Shown: piece after piece, positions 6,167 to 16,155 of the stretch
How positions within the stretch are numbered: position 1 is the stretch's first letter
Layout: every line of letters starts with the position of its first letter
Origin: Ktedonobacterales bacterium
GTDB lineage: Bacteria > Chloroflexota > Ktedonobacteria > Ktedonobacterales > JADMIN01
Direction of reading: 5' to 3'
DNA: 32,000 bases
Assembly: GCA_030167145.1 (NCBI GenBank)
Contig: CP126532.1
Span: 2,580,001 to 2,612,000 of the forward strand
Notes under the pieces: generated by a model
Database searches by the model: none
What the model was told of the DNA's origin: nothing
What the model saw: only the letters and a program-made list of their open reading frames with translations
Translations under genes and position numbers: made by a program

Positions 6167-6941
6167 TTCGTTAGCGCCAGCCGAATGCGCGCACTTCACA
6201 CACCTGTAGCGGTACGTTGTGCATGGTTGCCCGCGACGATTTCATCCAGCCGCCAGAGATGCGGCGTCGGATCTGGCGCAACGGAGCGTACTCTTAACAC
6301 ACCTGACGGCACGAATGGAGCCTGGCCGACAACGGCGGGCCTTACCAAAGGCAATTTCCAGGCATCCCATGGCTTCTCTGACGTGTGGGGAGGATGTCCA
6401 TTAGAGGAACGTGTGCGCACGCTGATCGCGATCTGCTCGCACGTATGAGCATCAGGCGCGGCGCATATCGAAACCTCGGCGCACATGCTGGTGGTAGACG
6501 CGCACTGTGTGGCCGTTGCCTACTTGTTGAGAATTTTTGAGTTTTTTCCAAGACGATGTGTATCTTTCGCGCTACTCCACCGCCCCGTGTTCGCGTATGC
6601 GCGCCTCAGGCGCGCTCGTAGGGAGTTCGCCCGGTGGATGCGCTTTCAGGAAGCGCCGTTGATGTTGATGCGGATCGCCGTCGCTGAGCCAGCGTGCCGC
6701 GGCGTGCATCCAGACCGCGATTTGCGGCGCATGACCTGATGTTATGGTCTGATGAAGGCGATTGTTTGCTTATGCTGAGTACCGCACGACAGTACAGCCG
6801 TGCGACTACGCGCTACTTTTCGCGATGTTCCGCGCTATGCGGTTGGTCCAGTGTATTGTGCTTTCCCATCGGGAGCGCTGGCGATCAGGCCAGCGCGACC
6901 CGGCTCGTATTCCGCATTGTTTGTTAACGCAGGAGGCCAGT

Positions 6942-9599
<2,658 letters not shown>

Positions 9600-9616
9600 C
9601 TCGCGAACACAAACGA

Positions 9617-9656
9617 CAGCAGGCGGTGGATGCATCTTTGTATCCACCGCCTGCTG
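9617..9656. terminator. Bidirectional intrinsic-terminator-like hairpin between convergent rho and hicB
   Basis: Perfect 15-bp inverted repeat: CAGCAGGCGGTGGAT (9617-9631), a 10-nt loop, then ATCCACCGCCTGCTG (9642-9656). It starts 18 nt after the rho stop. There is no clear U-tract on either side. Confidence 0.6.
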
Positions 9657-9686
9657 TGCATGCTCACTCTATGCTTGCCAATGCGC

Positions 9687-9869
9687 TCATTTTGGCATCG
9701 GGACGGGCAAACTATCTTCTTCGAGCGCAGCGATGTAGCCCTGAATGGCCTCTTTGATGTTGGCTATTGCCTCTTCCTTTGTTTGGCCCTGGCTGACGCA
9801 CCCCGGAAGACTAGGGCATTCCGCCACCCAATACCCATCCTCTCCCGGATGCAGAATGACCTGTCTCAT
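9687..9869 (-). CDS. hicB: HicB-like (UPF0150) antitoxin-family protein, 60 aa
   Basis: MRQVILHPGEDGYWVAECPSLPGCVSQGQTKEEAIANIKEAIQGYIAALEEDSLPVP is the classic short HicB/UPF0150 fold signature (YxAxxPxLPGCxxxGxTxEEAxxNxxEAI). ATG at 9869 is preceded by GGGAGGA. Confidence 0.8.
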   Translation of the reverse strand: MRQVILHPGEDGYWVAECPSLPGCVSQGQTKEEAIANIKEAIQGYIAALEEDSLPVPMPK

Positions 9870-10016
9870 CGTCTATCCTCCCGGACTCACTACACAGTCT
9901 TGCCCATCGCGCGGCACGTGGCAGCCCTTATCCGCAATTGTACAACCAGCAACAGAAGCGGCTACGATTGGCTCCCGTCAGGTCGTACACTGCCAAGGTC
10001 GAGCGAATCCAAACCA

Positions 10017-11813
10017 TCAAGGTGTCGCATAGATCGCGAGATCAGTAAAATTGACGGTTGCCGCAGGCTCTACAGCCAGGCACAAGAACCCCGTCGTGTA
10101 TGTTGAATCGCTGGTACTGAAGACGAGCGCGCCATCGAAATAGAATGAAAACGCTGTACCGTCTACGATCAGATCCAATGTGTGTTTGCTGCTGACTGCG
10201 AAAGACGAGACGTGCCGTTGGACCAGAATTTGTCGGTTGCCGTTGGCGCTATAGCGATTAAACTGCCATTGACCGTTCGGATCCACCAGGAATGAATAGC
10301 CGCCTCGCCCGTTGTTAGCATCTGCTGCTGATTGCTGCTGAAACTTAAAGCCGAATTTTGCTGTTGTAGTTTGCCCCATTGGTTCTGCGTTCACCTGAGC
10401 GACATAGCTGGCTGGATACGACATGCCGGGAAGAGACGTCAGCACCGCTACCCCAAGGGGACAATTACAATCCGCATCGCTCATCACCAGCGCACCGTTT
10501 TCGCAACGCTGGTCTGCCTGCGAGTTCTGTGACCATTGGCCGCCCTGATTATCGCACGCTCCTGGAGCATTGGTGGTATACAATAAACGCCCAACAGGAA
10601 CGAGCGGTTTCACTGGCGCTGTCTTATTATTGAAAGTGGTTGCAGAAGGAGACGCATTTCCGTTTGGTGCATTTGCAGCGACTCGGAAGAACGAGCCGCC
10701 CTTCGCCAGCAATACGAGGAGTGCAACCAGTAGAACCGCAGCTACCGTTCCGCCGAGAAATACCCCATTGCTGCGCTGATTACGTCTGGAAGGCGCTAGT
10801 TGAGTTGCTCCAGGCAAATATTGCCCACTGGTTTCGTATGATACCCCGGCGGGCAGTGTTTGAGCGAAGTTTGGCGCATTGTCGGCAGTTGTGTTCTTGG
10901 GTTTCTCTGCCTGTGGCCGCAACTCTTCGCTCCATTCGCCGCGCAGCCCCGCTGCGAAGGCCCGCGCCAGCGCCGAGGCCGTAGCGAGACGATACTCCGG
11001 GCGCTTCGCCAGCGCCTTCATGATCGCCGCCTCCGCTGGCGCGGGTAGCTCTGGCCGTAGTCGCTGGGGCGGTGGTGGCGGATCCTGCACTTGTTGGCGG
11101 ATCAACTCGATCAGCGTGGTCGCCTCGAACGCCACATGGCCCGTCACCATCTCGTAGAGCACCATGCCCAGGCTGTAGGTGTCGGTGGCTGGTCCCACTT
11201 TTCCGCTGCTCACCTGTTCCGGCGACATGTACATTGGCGTGCCGAGCACCTGCCCCGTCGAGGTAAGTTTGGTGCTGGTCTCCGCCAGCAGCCGCACGAT
11301 ACCGAAGTCCGTAAGATATGCCTGTCCTTGCGAATCCAGTAGCACATTGCCGGACTTCACATCGCGGTGGATGATGTTCTTGTCGTGGGCATAGTCCAGG
11401 GCGCTCGCCAGTTGCGTCGCGATCCGCGAAGCTTCGTCCAGCGACAACCCACCAGGATGCGCCGCCAGGCCGTCGCTTAGCGTACCACCCGCGATATAGG
11501 GCAGCACCATGTAGGTGAAGCCCGCATCCTCACCCGAAGCCAGCAGCGCGAGGATGTGCGGATGCCGTAGCTGTTGCAGCGTCTCCGCTTCACGGCGGAA
11601 GCGCGCCCGAAAGTCGTCGCGCTCCTCAGGTGTCAATTGCCAGGGGAGGATCAGCAACTTGATTGCCGCCTGCTCTGGCAAGTCCGCGGATGCGGTGGTT
11701 CGTCTCCCGCGAAACACGGCTCCCGTCGCCCCTGTGCCAGCAAGCGCTTCCAAGATGTAGCCGCCCACCGTTTGCCCTATCAGCGCTTCCGGCCCTTGCC
11801 CACCTGGTCCCAT
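10017..11813 (-). CDS. Ser/Thr protein kinase, single TM, C-terminal extracytoplasmic jelly-roll/lectin-like domain (598 aa)
   Basis: Hanks kinase motifs are present: G-x-G-x-x-G region, AIKLL, HRDVKSGNVLL, DFGIV, GTPMYMSPE. TM helix VFLGGTVAAVLLVALLVLLA. The C-terminus reads GGYSFLVDPNGQWQFNRY...FYFDGALV. ATG at 11813 is preceded by GAGGAGG. Confidence 0.9.
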   Translation of the reverse strand: MGPGGQGPEALIGQTVGGYILEALAGTGATGAVFRGRRTTASADLPEQAAIKLLILPWQLTPEERDDFRARFRREAETLQQLRHPHILALLASGEDAGFTYMVLPYIAGGTLSDGLAAHPGGLSLDEASRIATQLASALDYAHDKNIIHRDVKSGNVLLDSQGQAYLTDFGIVRLLAETSTKLTSTGQVLGTPMYMSPEQVSSGKVGPATDTYSLGMVLYEMVTGHVAFEATTLIELIRQQVQDPPPPPQRLRPELPAPAEAAIMKALAKRPEYRLATASALARAFAAGLRGEWSEELRPQAEKPKNTTADNAPNFAQTLPAGVSYETSGQYLPGATQLAPSRRNQRSNGVFLGGTVAAVLLVALLVLLAKGGSFFRVAANAPNGNASPSATTFNNKTAPVKPLVPVGRLLYTTNAPGACDNQGGQWSQNSQADQRCENGALVMSDADCNCPLGVAVLTSLPGMSYPASYVAQVNAEPMGQTTTAKFGFKFQQQSAADANNGRGGYSFLVDPNGQWQFNRYSANGNRQILVQRHVSSFAVSSKHTLDLIVDGTAFSFYFDGALVFSTSDSTYTTGFLCLAVEPAATVNFTDLAIYATP

Positions 11814-11829
11814 TGCGTGTCCTCCTCTG

Positions 11830-13827
11830 CTATCTCTGCCCTTTGTGCCGTATTGCTTTGCGTCCGCGCTTCGCTTGCACGGCGACGAGGCCGGTTAAGA
11901 GGAGCGATGGCGCGAGTGGAACCGCTGGATACGGTAGCGCCGGGCCGATCGCATGTACGTGTTGCCCAGCAGGCGATGCGCCCCGCCCTTGAACGCCGTA
12001 GTTTTTCACATTCGAGCAATAATTGCCTGACGACTGATACCCGCTCACCTCCCATACTTCGATCTCGCGAAAGCCATTCGTGCCGCTGGAATCCGTCCCA
12101 TTCACCCGCACCGAAGTCACCGTGCGCGCGCCGAAGTTCACGTCCGCGCAGCGCGGACCGCCGCTCGCCATGTCAATCCCGGTGATCGCGCTGCCGTCGC
12201 TGAAATGCAGGTCTATCAGGTTGATCTGGTTGTTATCCGGCGAGTCCTGGAACCGATCCCATACCACCACGCGGTGAATTGTCTCTGGCCCTGGCCAGCT
12301 CAGGTCCACCTCCACCGGATGACAGCAGACCCATTGCTGGCTCAGGCTTCCATCCGCGACAATGCCGCTCACGCCGCCATCTGGCGAGGTGAGCGAGGCA
12401 TTCAGCGCAATGTCGCCGGTATAGTGCGGTGGCGCGGGTGTGTTGGTTGGCGTGGGGATATCAGTCGCTGTTGGTGTGGGGGTATCGGTTGGTGTCGCTG
12501 TTGGTGTGGGGGTATCGGTTGGTGTGACGCCGGGCGCCAGTGTCGGTGTGGCCGTTGGCGTCACGCCGGGCGGTAATGTTGATGTTGGTTGTCCGGGTTT
12601 TGGTGTCTTGGTTGGATGGGCCGTTTTGCTTCCACCGGCTTTCGTTGCCTGCCCTGGGGAGGATGTCAAGGATGCTTGTCCGGTGGGCGCGCCCTGGGTC
12701 GTCCTGAAGGGCAACCAATCTACACGGCCTCCCAGCGCCAATACCAGCAGCCCTGCCAGCACCAGCAATCCCACCGCCATGCGCAGGGCTGTGCCGGTGC
12801 AGCCGCCCCGCCGCCGTGTGGGCGGCGCCACTGCCCTCGGCGGTGGTTCGTAGGCCATCATCGTCGCCGCATTGCTCGCCGCGAGCATCTCTGGCGTCTG
12901 ATGCGCCTGCCCGTCTGGCAGCGTCCGCAGTTCCTCGGCCCATTCGCCACGCACGCCCATCGTGAAAGCCCGCGCGAGCGCCACCGTGGTGATAAATCGC
13001 GCGGCTGGCTCCTTTGCCAGCGCCTTCATGATCGCCGCCTCCGCTGGCGCGGGCAGCTCTGGCCGCAGTTGTCGGGGCGGCACGGGTGGTTGCTGCACCT
13101 GTAGCAGGATCAGTTGCACCAGCGAATCTGCTTGAAATGGCACCTGCCCAGTGACGAGTTGGTAGAGCAAGATCCCGAGGCTATAGGTATCCGCCGCTGG
13201 GCCAACTTTGTCGCCACGCGCCTGCTCCGGCGCCATGTACTCGAATGTGCCGAGCACCTTGCCCGTGGTGGTGTGCGAGACCTGCGTATCCGTCACGATG
13301 CGGGCGATGCTGAAGTCCGCCAGAAATACCTGCCCGTGCGCGTCGAGCAGCACGTTCTCTGGCTTGATGTCGCGGTGAATGACGTCCTTATCATGAGCGT
13401 AGTCCAGCGCACTGGCGAGTTGCGTTGCGATGCGCCCTGCTTCGTCCAGCGGCAGCCCATTTGGCGCGGCCCTCAGGCGTGTGCTCAGCGTATCGCCTTC
13501 CTTATACGGCAGCACGATATAGAGAAATCCTGTCGCGCTATCTTCACCGAACGCCAGCACTGGTAAGATATGCGGATGGCTCAGCCGCTGAAGGGTGCGC
13601 GCCTCGCGCAGGAACCGCTCGCGCAGGTCCGCTCGTTCATCCTGGCTAGCCAGCATCGGCAACAGCAAGAGTTTGATCGCCGCTTGCTCTGGCAGGTCGG
13701 CAGCCGCGCTCGTCCGCTGGCCAAGGTAGACCGCGCCGGAAAGACCCCTACCGAGTACACGTGCGAGCTGGTAGCCCGCCACTTCCTGCCCAACGAGGTC
13801 TTCGAGTCCCTGCCCACCTGGTCCCAT
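11830..13827 (-). CDS. Ser/Thr protein kinase paralog, single TM, Thr/Pro-rich linker and C-terminal discoidin/galactose-binding-like domain (665 aa)
   Basis: Kinase motifs: AIKLL, HRDIKPENVLL, DFSIA, GTFEYMAPE. TM helix ALRMAVGLLVLAGLLVLAL. The linker reads TPTATPTLAPGVTPTDTPTPTATPTDTPTPTATDIPTPTNTP. The C-terminal part (WDRFQDSPDNNQINLIDLHFSDGS...TNGFREIEVWEV) looks like an F5/8-type-C-like module. The stop lies 16 bp upstream of the next kinase start. Confidence 0.9.
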   Translation of the reverse strand: MGPGGQGLEDLVGQEVAGYQLARVLGRGLSGAVYLGQRTSAAADLPEQAAIKLLLLPMLASQDERADLRERFLREARTLQRLSHPHILPVLAFGEDSATGFLYIVLPYKEGDTLSTRLRAAPNGLPLDEAGRIATQLASALDYAHDKDVIHRDIKPENVLLDAHGQVFLADFSIARIVTDTQVSHTTTGKVLGTFEYMAPEQARGDKVGPAADTYSLGILLYQLVTGQVPFQADSLVQLILLQVQQPPVPPRQLRPELPAPAEAAIMKALAKEPAARFITTVALARAFTMGVRGEWAEELRTLPDGQAHQTPEMLAASNAATMMAYEPPPRAVAPPTRRRGGCTGTALRMAVGLLVLAGLLVLALGGRVDWLPFRTTQGAPTGQASLTSSPGQATKAGGSKTAHPTKTPKPGQPTSTLPPGVTPTATPTLAPGVTPTDTPTPTATPTDTPTPTATDIPTPTNTPAPPHYTGDIALNASLTSPDGGVSGIVADGSLSQQWVCCHPVEVDLSWPGPETIHRVVVWDRFQDSPDNNQINLIDLHFSDGSAITGIDMASGGPRCADVNFGARTVTSVRVNGTDSSGTNGFREIEVWEVSGYQSSGNYCSNVKNYGVQGRGASPAGQHVHAIGPALPYPAVPLAPSLLLTGLVAVQAKRGRKAIRHKGQR
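12466..12525. repeat. Perfect 2 x 30-bp tandem repeat inside the kinase Thr/Pro linker
   Basis: CGCTGTTGGTGTGGGGGTATCGGTTGGTGT at 12466-12495 is repeated exactly at 12496-12525. It encodes TPTDTPTPTA twice on the minus strand. Confidence 0.9.
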
Positions 13828-14145
13828 AGTACCGCCTCCGCATTACAGCCATCGCTCGCGTAAGCCGCCTTGAAGTCAACGTGCAGTCATGGCCATCATC
13901 ACAGCGAACAACGGCATTACACCATACATACAGTGAAAGAATCAGCAGCACATGTTCACGCAACTGTAGTGTGATGGTCGCTGTGCGATACGCTCTGTAG
14001 TGTGTGACGATTCAGGCGGCCAATCGTAATTGCGTTCGCAGTCTCAGATGCGCGGCGTACTACGAGTACATTTCTTGGTGAAGTGGAACACGCGTGGGCG
14101 CGAGGTCAGAGGTGCGAAATCACGTGGTGATTGGTAGCTGGCGCT

Positions 14146-16074
14146 TCACTCTTCCGAAGCATCGTCAGCATTCTCTGGCTGGGCATTCTCCGTCACGACA
14201 GGCAGCCCGACGATCTCCATCAGCTTCAGTGCGTTGGTCGAGGTGGCGAAGCCGGGGCGCAGGGCATAATCGAAGCGCATCTGCGGGCCGTCTGGCCCAC
14301 GTGTGAAGGTCTCGGTGAAGTAGACTGGCGTGCTGATCGCCGCGATCTCTGGCACGCTCACCAGCGTCAGGTCATGCGTGGAGACCGCGCCGATAGCCCC
14401 CAGTTCCACCAGATAGCGGATGATATGCCGCACCGCAATCTGGCGCTCGCTCGTATTCGTGCCATGCAGGATTTCATCTAGCAAGAAGAGTGGTGTGCGT
14501 TCGCCTCGTGTTCGCGTCTCCTCCGCCGTATCCACCACCAGCTTTAGCCGCTGCAATTCGGCCATAAAATAGGAGACGCCGTATTCCAGCGAATCGCTGA
14601 TGCGGATGCTCGTCGCCAGCGCCACTGGCGGCAGACGCAGTTCACGCGCGCAGACCGGCCCGCCCATCTGCGCCAGCGTCACATTCACGCCGATGGCCCG
14701 CAGCAGTGTGCTCTTGCCCGACATATTCGACCCCGTGACCAGCACGAAACTGCCCGGCGGGCCGACCGTCACATCGTTGCCGATACGCACCTCAGCGGCG
14801 AGCAGCGGATGCCCCAGGTCGCGCGCCGCCAGCACGGCGGGCTGTTTCTCGGTGATGTCGGTGATCTCTGGGAATGCCCAGGTGGGGTTGTCAAACGATA
14901 GCGTGGCGAGCGCGGCGAGCGCCTCGATCTCGCTCAGCGTTTCAAGCCATGTGCGCACATGTGGCCCCGCGCGGCGCTGCCAGCGCTCCAGCAGCCACAG
15001 CGCGTGAAAGTTCCAGAGCAGAAACGCTTGAAGCACGGGAAAGAAGAACGACAGCCGGATGTCGCCGAAGCGCAGAATGCTGCCCAGGCGGCGTAGCTGC
15101 CCATCGGCGTTTAGGCCGCTCGCGGTTAGCCGCGCTTGAAGCTCTCGTAGCGCGGGCGCGGCGAAACGCTGGCGCTCGACCTGCTGGAAGATGCCCGCGT
15201 AGGGCAGAAATAGCGCCTGCCGGTCTGCCACTTCGTCTAGAATACGCTCTACTGGCTTGCCGACGAGCCAGGTAAGCAGCACATTGATCGCAAGCACGCC
15301 GAGCCAGATGGGCAACCTCGTTAGCCCTGCCACCTGTGCCACCAGCGACCCTACTGCGATCACTGGCAGAAGGCGGCTCAGCCAGAGCAGCCAACGCCTG
15401 CGCGCAAACCAGGCTTCGCTCTCCGCCCACGTGAGGAAATGCTGGTACTCTGTCGCGGTCATCGCCGAGAGCCGCCCGAAGAGCGTCAATTCTTCGCGCA
15501 GGTCTACGAGTGGCGCCAGCTCGCGCACCGCCTCCTGGCGAGCGCGCACCACATCCGGGGCCGCAGGGCGCAGGAGCCACTCTTGCAGGCGCATCTGTCC
15601 GGCGGGCGTGGTGACGGTATTCAGCAGATGTTGCAGCGAGCCGTGGCCAAGCAGGTCGAGGTCGGCGGCATAGAACGGCGTGGCGACGGGCGGGCCGGGC
15701 TGGGGCAGCGGTGTCGCATCCCAATCGCGTTCCAGCCGGCGCAGTGCCTCGGTATTCAGTTCCACCAGCGTTTTGTAGCGCTGATGCAATTGGTCGAGCT
15801 TGCCCTGCCGCGCGAAGGCCGCGACGAAGCCAACACCCGCCAGTATCCCGATCAGCACGAGCAGAGGCGAGAGCTGTACCAATGCGACGATGAGCAGGGC
15901 CAGTGTCACGAAGAAGAGCGCCACCGTCATATTCGCCGACGCGAAGCGCGCACGGTTGGCGCGGTCCCGCAGCGGCGCATAGCGGTCGGCGCGCTCCCGA
16001 TAGACCTCAGCCGGTGCGGGCGCGCCCGCTGCGCTGGGGCGTTGTCCTGTCTGGCTCTGTGCCGATGTCGCCAT
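14146..16074 (-). CDS. MutS-family ATPase (domain III/V only) with N-terminal transmembrane helices (642 aa)
   Basis: GSFVLVTGSNMSGKSTLLRAIGVNVTLAQMGGPVCA...SDSLEYGVSYFMAELQRL...LFLLDEILHGTNTSERQ...VSTHDL matches MutS domain V (Walker A/B, STF-like motif, THD). N-terminal hydrophobic stretch MTVALFFVTLALLIVALVQLSPLLVLIGILAGVGFVAAF. No mismatch-binding domain is recognisable. ATG at 16074 is preceded by GGAGAAGGA. Confidence 0.8.
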   Translation of the reverse strand: MATSAQSQTGQRPSAAGAPAPAEVYRERADRYAPLRDRANRARFASANMTVALFFVTLALLIVALVQLSPLLVLIGILAGVGFVAAFARQGKLDQLHQRYKTLVELNTEALRRLERDWDATPLPQPGPPVATPFYAADLDLLGHGSLQHLLNTVTTPAGQMRLQEWLLRPAAPDVVRARQEAVRELAPLVDLREELTLFGRLSAMTATEYQHFLTWAESEAWFARRRWLLWLSRLLPVIAVGSLVAQVAGLTRLPIWLGVLAINVLLTWLVGKPVERILDEVADRQALFLPYAGIFQQVERQRFAAPALRELQARLTASGLNADGQLRRLGSILRFGDIRLSFFFPVLQAFLLWNFHALWLLERWQRRAGPHVRTWLETLSEIEALAALATLSFDNPTWAFPEITDITEKQPAVLAARDLGHPLLAAEVRIGNDVTVGPPGSFVLVTGSNMSGKSTLLRAIGVNVTLAQMGGPVCARELRLPPVALATSIRISDSLEYGVSYFMAELQRLKLVVDTAEETRTRGERTPLFLLDEILHGTNTSERQIAVRHIIRYLVELGAIGAVSTHDLTLVSVPEIAAISTPVYFTETFTRGPDGPQMRFDYALRPGFATSTNALKLMEIVGLPVVTENAQPENADDASEE

Positions 16075-16155
16075 CTTCTATCCTTCTCCAATTGGTGCGA
16101 ACGTGCCACACGTGCGCCCCATCCCTTAACTATGCCACGCCCCTTCCACCCAGGC

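Noticed and set aside
6572-6709. Short minus-strand ORF (45 aa, MHAAARWLSDGDPHQHQRRFLKAHPPGELPTSAPEARIREHGAVE) below the track cutoff, possibly the tail of a decayed gene
   Set aside because: I found no RBS and could not assign a family from memory. The in-frame upstream region hits a stop after ~20 codons. Evidence is insufficient to call it a gene or a pseudogene.
6762-6941. Upstream extension of rho to the TTG at 6762 (945-aa version in the track)
   Set aside because: The 60 extra codons have no RBS and poor composition (MFAYAEYRTTVQPCDYALLF...). The in-frame GTG at 6942, in contrast, has a perfect AGGAGG 5 nt upstream.
9870-10016. Search for a hicA toxin gene next to hicB
   Set aside because: Only 147 bp are available upstream and 87 bp downstream (mostly the terminator hairpin). 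No frame gives a HicA-like peptide.
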